Assembly (NCBI GenBank): GCA_963844965.1
Contig: CAWJQC010000006.1
Coordinates: 32,001-96,000, forward strand
DNA length: 64,000 nucleotides
Source of the DNA: an uncultured bacterium
GTDB lineage: Bacteria > Patescibacteriota > Minisyncoccia > UBA6257 > 2-01-FULL-56-20
Direction: 5' to 3'
In this document: piece by piece, positions 1-10,057 of the stretch
Position numbering within the stretch: position 1 is the first letter of the stretch
Layout: the number at the start of each line of letters is the position of its first letter
Made by a program: the position numbers and the translations under genes
The notes under the pieces: model-generated
Seen by the model: only the letters and a program-made list of their open reading frames with translations
Told to the model about the DNA's origin: nothing
Database searches by the model: none

Positions 1-27
1 ATATTCTGAAAATTGATTGCTCCGCAA

Positions 28-531
28 TCAAACGTGCCTATCCGCCACGTTGGACGCCGCGTAACTTTCGGGCTTCGTCTTCGCTTCAAAATTGTTGGCG
101 CGGACCATATTCACCACCTCCTGAATCATCACTTTGGTCGGCCCATTTTCGCCAACGTCAACGTGTATCTCAAAACCAAACTTGGGCAGAGGAAACTTAT
201 TAAGTTCCAGAAGAACGTCCTTCGCGATATCCAGCGAAATCAAAACTTCTTTTATAATCCGGTCACGGAGCGTGTGCAGTTTGTCATGGCTCACCCTGCG
301 CCAAAAATACCGTCCGCCGTTTCCCACCCGATGCACAACGACCGCGGTGACAAAATCGGCCTTGTTGTTCTCGTAAAGCTCGGAGTCCGTCCCGATCGTA
401 ACTTTGTAATACCTGCCGGAATCGGCACGCATGAAGTTCACAATTTCCCGCACGACTTCGGCGGCGGTCAGTTTCAAGCCGAGTGAACTATATAAAAATT
501 CGGGCATCCCATACACTATAAGACCGACCAC
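28..531 (-). CDS. RNase H-fold DUF458/YkuK-like protein (167 aa)
   Basis: Minus-strand ORF with 'KVTIGTDSE...FVTAVVVHRVGNGGRYFW' pattern typical of the YkuK/DUF458 family. The overlapping plus ORF 13..486 looks like antisense noise. Confidence 0.45.
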   Translation of the reverse strand: MVGLIVYGMPEFLYSSLGLKLTAAEVVREIVNFMRADSGRYYKVTIGTDSELYENNKADFVTAVVVHRVGNGGRYFWRRVSHDKLHTLRDRIIKEVLISLDIAKDVLLELNKFPLPKFGFEIHVDVGENGPTKVMIQEVVNMVRANNFEAKTKPESYAASNVADRHV

Positions 532-534
532 TGT

Positions 535-1110
535 TTTTTGTCAATCACCGCGGGCTAAAGCCCGCGGCTTGTGTTCGGCTCCTGTTCCCACTGGTTTCTG
601 ATATATTCTCTCATCGCTTTTTCGTTTTGACGGCCAACGGTTTCGGCAAAGTAACCATCCTGCCACAAGCTGTCTCCCCAGAGGAATTCTTCCAGCTCGG
701 GAAATTCTTTTCTGACAGCCCTGGACGTACCGCCTTTGAGATAAAACACCGCTTTGGCAACCGTCAGGGTAGCAGGAATTTGAAGCAATAGATGGACATG
801 GTCGGGCATTATCTGCGCTTCATGGATGAACCATTTATTCATCTTGGCGGCTTGAAAGAACAATGTCTTGAGTCGCCCGACCATGTCCCCTCGCAGTATC
901 GAGCGGCGGTACTTTGGGCAGAAAACAACGTGGTACAAACATCGCGTATAGCTGTGGTTGCTTGGCCAGAATCCAGAGGGCATTATCTTCATTATCGCAC
1001 CGGCAGAAACCAGTGGGAACAGGCAAATAAGCCCTCCGCCCCTCGCTTCGCTCGGGGCTACGGGGTCGCCTTATCCTCGGCCTAAAGGCCGGGGCTTGCG
1101 GCGGAGCGGG
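535..1110 (-). mobile_element. IS200/IS605-family element (TnpA only) with terminal hairpins
   Basis: Encodes a Y1 HUH transposase. A perfect hairpin 'ccgcgggctaaagcccgcgg' lies at 548-571 just beyond the tnpA stop, and palindromes 'cggcctaaaggccg' occur around 1075-1095. The boundaries are approximate. Confidence 0.55.
555..992 (-). CDS. tnpA: IS200-type transposase TnpA (HUH Y1 transposase, 145 aa)
   Basis: Typical IS200 TnpA size with the 'HVHLL' HuH motif and conserved Tyr region 'YHVVFCPKYRR'. Confidence 0.8.
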   Translation of the reverse strand: MKIMPSGFWPSNHSYTRCLYHVVFCPKYRRSILRGDMVGRLKTLFFQAAKMNKWFIHEAQIMPDHVHLLLQIPATLTVAKAVFYLKGGTSRAVRKEFPELEEFLWGDSLWQDGYFAETVGRQNEKAMREYIRNQWEQEPNTSRGL

Positions 1111-1299
1111 TCAAACCTCCGCGTCTATACGAGAGCGCAAAACGCACCGCAGCTACCGCTCGCGCAATAGATGCGGCTTCGGTTGAATCATAGCCAATCA
1201 GTAAAACTTTGATTTCAAAAGATGCCCCCGCATAGGCACGGCGGCTAAACAAAAAATGTAGCGCAAGATAAACGGTTCTCTGCGCACAAATCAATATTC

Positions 1300-4200
1300 C
1301 TAATTCTGTACGGTCACCGTCAGATAATCCGACGCCTGGAAATTGCCGGCGGCATCATACGCCATAAGGTAAATAACGTGCGGACTATTGTCCTCTTTTG
1401 TCGTATCCCAGGAGAAACTATAAGGAGGCAACGTCTTGCTGTCTTTGAGCATCGCATCCACATAAAACTCAACTTTGGTAACTCCTACATTATCTGACGC
1501 ATTAGCAGATACTGTAACCACGCCCGACAGCGTGGAATTGTCGGCTGGACTCGTAACCGTTATCGTCGGCGGAATCGTGTCAAGCGGCGGGGGAGAAATA
1601 CTCACGTTGTTGGTCGGCGAAGTCCCGACGTTGCCGGCGGTATCGTAGGCCTTCGCGTAAAACGGATAAGGACCACCGCTCGGAAAGCCAGAGACGTTAA
1701 AGTTGGCGGCATAAGGGGACGAGGAAGCGAAAGAAATCAAAATGCCTTTGATGTAAAACCCCACCTTCGTCACGCCGCCATTCTTCATATAGTCCTCCTG
1801 CACCCAGCCGCTGGGACCGGAATCAAAATTAACATTCCACCACCAGGAAGCGTTGCTGTAAACCGGTCCGCCCACCACCGTCCCCTGCGCTCCGCCCATA
1901 TCCCACGCACTAGCGGTAAATTGAAGAGTATTGCTGTTCACCGTAGAGCCGTCTGCGGGAGAGGTCAGAGTAACCGTCGGCGGTACGGTATCCACGGTAT
2001 ACGTCTGCGTGCCGACGGGAGTTCCCGCAGCGCAGGTAGAAGGAGCTGACGTTACGGCAATGTTGGTAGCGCTGGACGTCAGTATCACCCGCTGGCCTAT
2101 TGTGAATTTTGTGGAAGGCGGCGGTGCAGTCGTCACGATGCTTACCGGCGTTGACGCGGACGAATTATTTCCGGCTGCGTCAAATGCGGAAACAGCATAA
2201 GTGTAACATGCCGAGCCGCTAACACTATTATCCGCATATGACGGGGTTGACGAAACGGTGGCGATAACAGAACCGTTGCGCATTATCTTATATCCAGCCA
2301 CGGCAATATTGTCGCTTGAAGGACTCCAGGTGAGATTGATCCGCGTCAACGAGACGACCTGGGCTACGAGACCGGTCGGCGTCGTGGGCGGAGTTCTGTC
2401 TATGCCGAACGTATTTGTCGTGGACGATGAGTTGTTGAATATATCGGTCGCTACCGCTTTAACGGTATGAATTCCCTCGGCGGTCCCGGAGGTATTCCAC
2501 GAATATGAATAAGGGGGCACTGTGGGGCTGGCGACAAGATTGCCATCAATGTAGATATCCACCTCTGAAACGGCGGTGTTGTCGGTTGCCGTCACGTAAA
2601 CGCTTGCCGTACCTCCCGGAATGAAAGAATTATTCTTCGGCGAGTTAATCACGACCGTCGGCGGAGTTGTATCCGCCGTCGGCAACGGCCCGTAATTGTA
2701 AAAACCGAGATCGTCAAACCAGGCGCTGCCGACGCCATCAGTGTCTTCGTCCGTAACAAGAAGGAAGCGCACGCTTTTCGCAGTCCAGGGAGCGGTAAAG
2801 TGATTGGAAAAATTGGTCCAACCTCCGCTACCCAGTATGCCGCCGACATAATCCACGCGCACTAGATTCCCCTGAGGATAAATCGAACTCATGGATGATA
2901 GAAGGGGGTAATAGGGCGTAGAACTTGAGGACCAAAGCAGGTAAATCCTCGCGCCAGAACCACCGACGCCACTTGCTTTTATCCATCCCGACGCCGTGTA
3001 GGAGGCTCCCGGAATTATATTCGTCACGTCTTGAGATACCATCTGCAGACCGGTACTCAGAACATCAATCTCTTCTGAGTGAGTTCCACCGTGGAAATCG
3101 GATGTCGTAACCGACCTGCCAGGAAAAGCCGAATCAGACCAAGCGGAACCGCCCAACTCAAAACCCGGGTCAATCAAAAGATTTTCGGAAATTCTCTCCA
3201 AGTAATTCTCGGCGACCCAACCTTCCGCTCCGGAGTCAAAACTTACCTCCCACCAGAAATAAGTGTCAGAATATTCTGAGCCGCCGATAACCGTCCCCAC
3301 AGAGCCCTCGGGTTCAACGGCAAGTGACGGCGCGAAAGTTGACGGCAGCGAACGGACATTCACCGAACTCATGGCCATGACGCGGTCGCCTATGGAAAAT
3401 TTGGTGCTCGGCGGAGGATTTTTCACGCCCACGATTACGGGCGGCGATGTGCCAAGATTATTAGAAGCGTCGTGGGCGATAGCGTTTAAAGTATGGCTAG
3501 CATTATTGGTAGCCAGATTCGTATCCCACAAAAACGTGTAGAACAAGCTTTTCACCGGCGAGCTCGTAACTGCCGGGCCGATGGCCGCGCCGTCAGCGAG
3601 AAGATTAATGTCCGCAACCGCGACGTTATCCGTGGCGCTCACGGACACTCTCGCAACGCCAGATACCGTCTGGCCGTTGAGCGGATAGGAAATGCGCGCG
3701 ACTGGCGGAGTTGTATCGGGATTATTGGTAGTCACGACAACGGGCAGGGAAGACGTCCCGTTTCCCGCGCCGTCATAAGCCACGGCAACAAGCGTATGGG
3801 TAGCATTCAATGTGCTTGAAGTATCCCAAACGAAAGAATATGGGAGTTGGGTGTCAGCACCCTTATACGTGCCGTCAACGTACAAGTAAACCCTGGCGAC
3901 GCCGACGTTGTCGGTGGCGTTAACTAAAACATTAAAAGTTCCCGATATGATCTCGCTGCTTGTGGGAGAAACTATGGAAACAACCGGCGGAGTCGTGTCC
4001 GGCGGCGGAACATATTTCTTCAGTGAATCTTCCGGACTCCAGCCGCTCGGGTCGGAATCATATTTTATGAACCACCAACCCTGGCCGTTCACGTAAACCG
4101 GACTGCTTGTTGATATAAAACCCAAAGTTCCCGAGGAATGCGTACCCAGCAGTTGTCCGAAAACCGACGGCCCCGAGCTTATTGTGCTCGACGGAGTGAT

Positions 4201-6153
4201 ATCCGCATAGACATTTGTGGTGGTTGTGGAAACCTGAACCCGGTCGCCGGCATTGAACTTTGAACTGTTGTTGATGTTAACGGTTACTGTCGGCGACGCG
4301 TAAGAATTTCCGGCGGAGTCATAGGCCTTTACGACAATGTCTTCTTTGCCATTAGCGAAGTTGAGCGTACTGATGGAGAACGAATAGGGCGGCGAATAAC
4401 CAACGAAATACACGCTTCCGCCCCAATAAAGCTCGACTCTGCTTATAGAGCCGCCGCCGGAAACTGTGGCTGTAATCGTTATGTCTCCCGAAACGGTCGC
4501 ACCATTAGTCGGCGAGGTGATATTTACGGTCGGTCCTCCGGTTACGGCGTTTGCCAAATAATTTTCTACGCTCCAGCCGGATGGACCGGAATCATAATTC
4601 ACATCCCACCACCAGTAGTTATCATAAAAATAGGAAATGCCGGTAATAGTTCCCTGCGCGCCGCTTGGCTGCGTACCCAATATGGTGCTCGATACCATCG
4701 GCAGAGTATGTATGTTCAAGTTGGCGGTGGTCTTGACGCGGTTACCGGCGGCGAATTTACTTGAAGAGGCGTTGAGCTCGCTCGCGGCAATTTTTATCAA
4801 GTAACCCTCGACGCTCCATCCCGAAACAGCGTCATCGTACGTCACTTGCCACCAATTATACGAGTTGGCATTAATGGGACCGCCGCTTACTATCCCCTGC
4901 GCTCCCGCGCTCTCCGTACCGACAATAGCGGCGGAAAGCGACTGACCAGCCCTGACGTTCAAATTCACCGTCGCTTGCACCTTATCGCCTATGGAAAATT
5001 TATCGGAAATAACAGCCTTGGCTAAACCCGACTCGTAGCACCACCCCGTAACCGCATCATTGAAAGTCACCTTCCACCAAATATAGCCATCGGCGGGCGT
5101 GGGACCACCGCTTATAGTGCCGCGCGCTCCCGCCTTTTCCGTCCCCACAGCCACGCCCACGGTCGTGGGAGTTGACAGAACACTCAAGTCCGAGTTTGTT
5201 TGCACAATGTCGCCCATTGAAAATTTATTGCTCGTGGTCGGCGCGATACTCACAAGATACTCCTCTATACTCCAGCCGCTTGTCGCATTATCGTCATACT
5301 TCACGTGCCACCAGACAAAACTGTCGGAACTCGTCGGGCCGCCGATAATACTGCCGAGAGAATTCGGCGCCTCTACCCAACCAATGGTGGATGAAAGCGA
5401 GGGGTCGGAACGAACATTCAGATTAGTTGTCGTCCGCACGCGGTCGCCCATTGAAAACGCCACGTAGGTACTCGTAGCCGTGACGGATTCCGTAATTTTC
5501 ACCAAATAATCCTCAACGCTCCACCCCGAGATGCCGTCATCATATATCACTTGCCACCAGGCATAGCCATCAGCGGCAACAGGGCCGCCCATAATGTGGC
5601 CGAGCGTCCCCGAAGCCTCAGACGTCACAATCGTGCCGGAAAGCGAAGGCGTTGAGCGCACATTCAAACTCTCCGTTGTTTGCACGCGATCGTTCTTTGA
5701 AAATTTCACGGAAACCGCCATTGTCGTCGCACTGACGGGCTCGGACCAAGCCGAGACATTTCCCGCGGAATCATAAGCGGCAATCACGTACGTGTACGTG
5801 GTGGCGGGCAGAAGACCTGTGTCAGCATACGTCGTTCCGACTATGCCACTTATGGGAGGAGGCGTACTGTCTCTCAGAATCGCGTAACCAGCCACTCCAA
5901 TATTGTCGGTTGCTGCATCCCAGCTGAGGTCAATTTCTGTGGTCGAAGCTTCCACTACCTTGAAATTAGTGGGGGTGGACGGCGGCGTAACATCTCTTGT
6001 GCTTGTGGCTTGCGCGTGCGCCGTGGCAAGAGAACAAAAAAGTGGGAATATGAAAAACAAAACAAAAACTCCGCACGTAAATAGCCGGAGGTTCTTTGCG
6101 CACCGCTTGTACGTCTTTAGAATAACCGCCGAGATAAAGAGAGTACTTGGCAT
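1300..6153 (-). CDS. Giant secreted or surface protein with FN3, bacterial SH3 and Ig-like repeats (1617 aa)
   Basis: N-terminal hydrophobic signal/anchor. FN3-like 'LSWDAATDNIGVAGY' modules are present. About seven repeats of 'NLNVRS.PSLS..I......G..G.I.GGP....GY.WW.V.YDDG.SGW' look like SH3b domains. Ig-like Big domains 'VSATDNVAV' are also present. Confidence 0.8.
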   Translation of the reverse strand: MPSTLFISAVILKTYKRCAKNLRLFTCGVFVLFFIFPLFCSLATAHAQATSTRDVTPPSTPTNFKVVEASTTEIDLSWDAATDNIGVAGYAILRDSTPPPISGIVGTTYADTGLLPATTYTYVIAAYDSAGNVSAWSEPVSATTMAVSVKFSKNDRVQTTESLNVRSTPSLSGTIVTSEASGTLGHIMGGPVAADGYAWWQVIYDDGISGWSVEDYLVKITESVTATSTYVAFSMGDRVRTTTNLNVRSDPSLSSTIGWVEAPNSLGSIIGGPTSSDSFVWWHVKYDDNATSGWSIEEYLVSIAPTTSNKFSMGDIVQTNSDLSVLSTPTTVGVAVGTEKAGARGTISGGPTPADGYIWWKVTFNDAVTGWCYESGLAKAVISDKFSIGDKVQATVNLNVRAGQSLSAAIVGTESAGAQGIVSGGPINANSYNWWQVTYDDAVSGWSVEGYLIKIAASELNASSSKFAAGNRVKTTANLNIHTLPMVSSTILGTQPSGAQGTITGISYFYDNYWWWDVNYDSGPSGWSVENYLANAVTGGPTVNITSPTNGATVSGDITITATVSGGGSISRVELYWGGSVYFVGYSPPYSFSISTLNFANGKEDIVVKAYDSAGNSYASPTVTVNINNSSKFNAGDRVQVSTTTTNVYADITPSSTISSGPSVFGQLLGTHSSGTLGFISTSSPVYVNGQGWWFIKYDSDPSGWSPEDSLKKYVPPPDTTPPVVSIVSPTSSEIISGTFNVLVNATDNVGVARVYLYVDGTYKGADTQLPYSFVWDTSSTLNATHTLVAVAYDGAGNGTSSLPVVVTTNNPDTTPPVARISYPLNGQTVSGVARVSVSATDNVAVADINLLADGAAIGPAVTSSPVKSLFYTFLWDTNLATNNASHTLNAIAHDASNNLGTSPPVIVGVKNPPPSTKFSIGDRVMAMSSVNVRSLPSTFAPSLAVEPEGSVGTVIGGSEYSDTYFWWEVSFDSGAEGWVAENYLERISENLLIDPGFELGGSAWSDSAFPGRSVTTSDFHGGTHSEEIDVLSTGLQMVSQDVTNIIPGASYTASGWIKASGVGGSGARIYLLWSSSSTPYYPLLSSMSSIYPQGNLVRVDYVGGILGSGGWTNFSNHFTAPWTAKSVRFLLVTDEDTDGVGSAWFDDLGFYNYGPLPTADTTPPTVVINSPKNNSFIPGGTASVYVTATDNTAVSEVDIYIDGNLVASPTVPPYSYSWNTSGTAEGIHTVKAVATDIFNNSSSTTNTFGIDRTPPTTPTGLVAQVVSLTRINLTWSPSSDNIAVAGYKIMRNGSVIATVSSTPSYADNSVSGSACYTYAVSAFDAAGNNSSASTPVSIVTTAPPPSTKFTIGQRVILTSSATNIAVTSAPSTCAAGTPVGTQTYTVDTVPPTVTLTSPADGSTVNSNTLQFTASAWDMGGAQGTVVGGPVYSNASWWWNVNFDSGPSGWVQEDYMKNGGVTKVGFYIKGILISFASSSPYAANFNVSGFPSGGPYPFYAKAYDTAGNVGTSPTNNVSISPPPLDTIPPTITVTSPADNSTLSGVVTVSANASDNVGVTKVEFYVDAMLKDSKTLPPYSFSWDTTKEDNSPHVIYLMAYDAAGNFQASDYLTVTVQN

Positions 6154-6260
6154 GACGGCTTACACACTTATTATAGCAAAATCAACTTGGGCGCCGTTTA
6201 ACAACTGCCGCGCCCGGCTGCGGTATCTAATGACGGAGGTTAAGAATCATATTTTCGCGC

Positions 6261-7745
6261 TCAAACCCAGCCGAGCTTGCCGGTGAGGGTGGCCACGGCG
6301 CCGCGGTTCAGCTTGTCGCCGATTTCGGGAAATTTCTCCAGCTCATCGGCAATAATGTTCTTCACACGGAGAACTTCGGCTTCGTTCCCACCTTCCGCGC
6401 GAACCGTGATATACGGCGACGTATTTGAGGCGCGCACCAATCCCCAACTTTTTTCTCCGACTTGAAAACGGACACCGTCAATCAAGGAGGACTTGAACCT
6501 GCCGCTCAAATCTTTTTGAATCTTGCCGATGATTTCAAATTTTTTCTCGTCGGCGCACGGCAATTTTATCTCCGGCGTGCTCAGGCGCTTGGGTATGCCC
6601 GCGAAGAGAGTGGAAAAGGGCGCACCACTCCGTGACAGGAGTTCAAGCATCTTTCCCGCTCCCCAGAGACCGTCGTCAATTTTAAAATAATCCTCCGTGA
6701 AATAAATATGGCCAGAAGTTTCGCCGCCCAAGATAATATCGTCGTCTTTTCTCAACGTTTCTTTTATCGGCGCGTGCCCCGTGCGGTGCATCAAGGGAAT
6801 GCCGCCATACGAAGGAATCAGCTCCGAAAGAAGTTGCGTACACTTGACGTCGTACAAAATTTTCTTACCGGGATGTCTGCTTAATACATCCTTCGCCAAA
6901 ACAAGAAGTGCTACGTCGCCGGATATAAACTCCCCTTTTTCCGAAATGAAACCGACGCGGTCGCCGTCAGCGTCAAAAGCAATGCCGACATCGGCTTTTT
7001 CCTCTACAACTTTCTTTTGCAAATCAACGAGCGATTCTCTGGCTTCTGGGTCGGGAATATGGTGCGGAAAAGTAGCATCAGGTTCTATGTAAAGGCCGAC
7101 GACGTCGCAGCCCAATGCCCCGAATAGGTCCGGCGCGAAAACTCCGGCGCTGCCATTGCCCGTATCAATCACTACCTTAAACGGCTTTGCGATCTTTATA
7201 TGCTCCAAGAAATACTCGCGGTATGATTTATAGCCGTCAAGCTTTTTAAGTTTTCCTATTTTATCATCCAATAATTTTCCCGACTCAATCATCCCGCGCA
7301 TTTTCTGCAACTCCTCTCCGAAAAGTGGCCAGTTGTCCTTTTTCATCAACTTAAAGCCGTTGAAAAAATAAACGTTGTGGCTGCCGGTCACGTTAACGCC
7401 GCCGTCAAAATGCACATACGCGGTTATAAAATAAACAATAGGAGTAAGCGCCACGCCCAAATCGGTTACATCGCAGCCGGTTTTCCGTACGCCCTCAATG
7501 AACGCTCCCGTAAGCTCGTCAGCAAACGGGCGCAATTCATGCCCGACGACGACATTTTTTCCACCCCCTCTGCGTATGATCGTGCCGTAGGCCTGACCGA
7601 TGGCCCTCGCGGCGTCAAGCGTAAGCGTTACGCCCGGAAACGGTCCGTACCACCTCTCGTATTCTTCCACTATTTTCTTATTAAACTCGCTGCCGGCAAT
7701 TCCGCGGATGTCGTACTCGCGGAAGATTGATTTATTGATTGTCAT
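6261..7745 (-). CDS. Phosphomannomutase/phosphoglucomutase (alpha-D-phosphohexomutase family, 495 aa)
   Basis: Active-site 'TGSHN' and sugar-phosphate-binding 'GGETSGHIYF' motifs. The listed ORF begins 123 codons earlier with low-complexity sequence. The plausible start is the ATG at 7743-7745 (MTINKSIFREYDIRGIAG). Confidence 0.85.
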   Translation of the reverse strand: MTINKSIFREYDIRGIAGSEFNKKIVEEYERWYGPFPGVTLTLDAARAIGQAYGTIIRRGGGKNVVVGHELRPFADELTGAFIEGVRKTGCDVTDLGVALTPIVYFITAYVHFDGGVNVTGSHNVYFFNGFKLMKKDNWPLFGEELQKMRGMIESGKLLDDKIGKLKKLDGYKSYREYFLEHIKIAKPFKVVIDTGNGSAGVFAPDLFGALGCDVVGLYIEPDATFPHHIPDPEARESLVDLQKKVVEEKADVGIAFDADGDRVGFISEKGEFISGDVALLVLAKDVLSRHPGKKILYDVKCTQLLSELIPSYGGIPLMHRTGHAPIKETLRKDDDIILGGETSGHIYFTEDYFKIDDGLWGAGKMLELLSRSGAPFSTLFAGIPKRLSTPEIKLPCADEKKFEIIGKIQKDLSGRFKSSLIDGVRFQVGEKSWGLVRASNTSPYITVRAEGGNEAEVLRVKNIIADELEKFPEIGDKLNRGAVATLTGKLGWV

Positions 7746-7902
7746 GCTTAAATATCTTGTCAAATTCAGTATAACTCCCCCCTTAAATAACAAAAGTGGC
7801 TTTCTTGTGGAGTGTGAAAAAAGTTGTTGCAATTTTATCAGGAATCTGCTTAAGTTAGCGTAGATTTTTCGAGAAGCAATCGGTAATAATCTGGAGGCGA
7901 AA

Positions 7903-8657
7903 ATGCCTAAGCGCAAGTTGCAATTGTTAGTGGATCCAAATAAGTGTCTTGATATATTTGGCGCACTAAACCTCCTCGTCAGTTCACAACCGCTGTCCCT
8001 ACGCGAGCAGGAACTACTTGCAAATCTCATAAAGAATCGCGCCCGAGTACTGGAATCATTGAATCTCTTGGTCAGCCCGATAGTAATGGTACACGTCCTG
8101 CCGGGAGGAATCATGCCCAGAAGGATGACGCCAGGCGCTATTGGTTATGATGTCGGTCTAAGGGCTCTGGTTTCTCCTTGGGACATGGAAGAAGAAACTC
8201 CCCATCTGAGAAAAAAAATTGTTCGGCTTTGATTGCAGAACGTCGGAATACCCGGAAATCATGAAAAGCGTGGCTGAGATAAGAAACGAGAACGACAAAC
8301 CGGAGTTGGTGTACCGACTCCATCCGGGAAAATCGGTGACGGTGGGCGTTGGATTTGTCACCGCAATGCCGTTCCCCATGTTTTACTGGGATACTCCCCG
8401 CAGCGGATTGGCGTCAAAATGGCTCATCACGCTCGGTAATGCTCCGGGGACGGTTGACCCCGATTACCGCGGAGAGGCTGGCGTAATTGTAGTAAATAAC
8501 AGCGATAAAGTTTACGAGCTCAGACACAACATGCGCATCGCCCAAATTATCTTTACTTTCGCGCTGATTCCTAAACTCATACCGGTCGCAAAATACGAAG
8601 TATCTGCCAAAAACCATCCGCGGCGCCGGTGGCTTCGGCTCAACCGGTATGCGATAA
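7903..8657 (+). pseudogene. dut: dUTPase (dut) interrupted by two single-nucleotide frameshifts
   Basis: Motif 1 'PGAIGYDVGLRA' is in frame 1. Motifs 2-4 'PRSGLA', 'GTVDPDYRGE', 'RIAQ' are in frame 2 (ORF 8219..8665). Motif 5 'RGAGGFGSTG' is in frame 3 (8619-8657). The shifts fall in an A8 run at 8211-8218 and an A4 run at 8610-8613. Confidence 0.75.
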
Positions 8658-8726
8658 AAAATTAAGGCGGTCGCCTGAGGCGACCGCTCTTTTGTTTCCA
8701 GTGCCAAATTCTTGACTCCCCTTCCG

Positions 8727-9020
8727 TTATTTTTTCGCCGCCGCCATAAAATCCCTCATCTCCGCGACAAGCTCATCAACTATTCCGTCTCTCATCTCGT
8801 CAAGGTCGGGAATTTTATTTTCCAGAAAAGAATTTATCTTTTCGGCGTCGCCTTCTTCGGTCAGCTTGTCAAACTCCTCCTGGTCTTTTTCGTTCAGCCT
8901 GTCGTAAACACGCAAAACGAGACGCTTCAAAAGCGAGTCCGCAAGTTGCACCATAATCGCATCTTTGTCTTCCTGGGTTAAGTTCTCACCCAGCCCAAGT
9001 TCTTTTATTAAGTCCCTCAT
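8727..9020 (-). CDS. Hypothetical acidic 97 aa protein
   Basis: Clean ORF with no recognised motif. Confidence 0.45.
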   Translation of the reverse strand: MRDLIKELGLGENLTQEDKDAIMVQLADSLLKRLVLRVYDRLNEKDQEEFDKLTEEGDAEKINSFLENKIPDLDEMRDGIVDELVAEMRDFMAAAKK

Positions 9021-9073
9021 TGTTATTTTTTTATTATACCATTACCAGTTATGAAGCCACAACAAATAACCCG

Positions 9074-10057
9074 TTACATGGTCGGCATCGGCACGTTCTT
9101 GTCAACAACGTCACCGACAACCTCTCCCACTGCACACTCCTTGGCAACGCTCCACGGCATTCCCGTCCTCTTTACGGTCTCGCGAAGAGCCGCCTCAAAG
9201 ATCCCTTCTTTGTAATTCTGGACGTCTTCAACCCTCGGACCAATTCCATAGCCATAAGGACCTCCCCAGCCGCCGTAAAGACTGCCGCCTATGCCCATTC
9301 GCCCGCCCATAAAACCGCGGTAGAACATGCCCCCGCCGTATCCTGTGCCATATACTTGCGGCTGTCCAAAATCAATGACCGAAGAAGACGACTTGAGGAA
9401 ATTCTTGGCGCTGTGCAAGAAATGATGACCCAATAATTTTCCCACTTTCATATGTTTTATGGCGTCATAATCCTGGAGTGTCATGCCGACCTTATCCGTT
9501 ACTTTAATCTTATCCAAAATCTCTGTCTGGAGATATTCTACGCGCGCCCTGAAGAGCGGCGTGTTCTCAGTATCGTTCAGCATCGCTTCGTACCAATTTT
9601 TAAGCGCGTGGTTGGATGTTTTCTTGACCAACTTGGCCAATCCATCCACGGTTTGGCTCTGTTCAGAGAAACTGGCGTGCGAAAATTCGCCTTCCATGTG
9701 GTTCTGGATATTGGCCTCAAAGTAAGCGAGAGCTTCGCCGCTCAACTTATGCGCCTCGGCGGATTTCATTTGGTTGGCCACATCAACAATGCTTTGAGAT
9801 TTTGAGAAGACACCGTTCAGATAATTGTCTATCGCGGCCCTCTGTGCCGGCGCGATTCCCCTCACTGCTTCTGCAGCCGCTTCGGCATGCAGAACGGGCG
9901 CGGCTTCGGCTCCCGGCGCCGTCATTTCCGTTTGTGGCGCAACCTCGTGGAACTTCGGCAATAACCTCCATAAGTTCCATTCCTCGCCTATACGTATACG
10001 CAACTCCGGCGCACAACTGGATCTTTCGCAAAATTTCCTATAAGATGGGAGCACCAA
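9074..10057 (-). CDS. Probable C-terminal continuation of the large protein (327 aa ORF, Gly/Tyr-rich tail)
   Basis: Shares the 'H.SFSEQ.Q' motif with the upstream ORF and has a 'GTGYGGGMFYRGFMGGRMGIGGSLYGGWGGPYGYGIG' low-complexity region. Its first ~25 residues are likely out-of-frame read-through. Confidence 0.5.
   Translation of the reverse strand: MVLPSYRKFCERSSCAPELRIRIGEEWNLWRLLPKFHEVAPQTEMTAPGAEAAPVLHAEAAAEAVRGIAPAQRAAIDNYLNGVFSKSQSIVDVANQMKSAEAHKLSGEALAYFEANIQNHMEGEFSHASFSEQSQTVDGLAKLVKKTSNHALKNWYEAMLNDTENTPLFRARVEYLQTEILDKIKVTDKVGMTLQDYDAIKHMKVGKLLGHHFLHSAKNFLKSSSSVIDFGQPQVYGTGYGGGMFYRGFMGGRMGIGGSLYGGWGGPYGYGIGPRVEDVQNYKEGIFEAALRETVKRTGMPWSVAKECAVGEVVGDVVDKNVPMPTM

Noticed and set aside
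13-486. Plus-strand 157 aa ORF
   Set aside because: It fully overlaps the better minus-strand DUF458-like ORF 28..531 and reads as low-complexity antisense translation.
1931-6286. Numerous plus-strand ORFs (such as 1931..2200, 5099..5467, 5903..6286) inside the giant minus-strand surface-protein gene
   Set aside because: They are antisense to a gene with clear domain repeats and have no motifs. They are typical GC-rich shadow ORFs.
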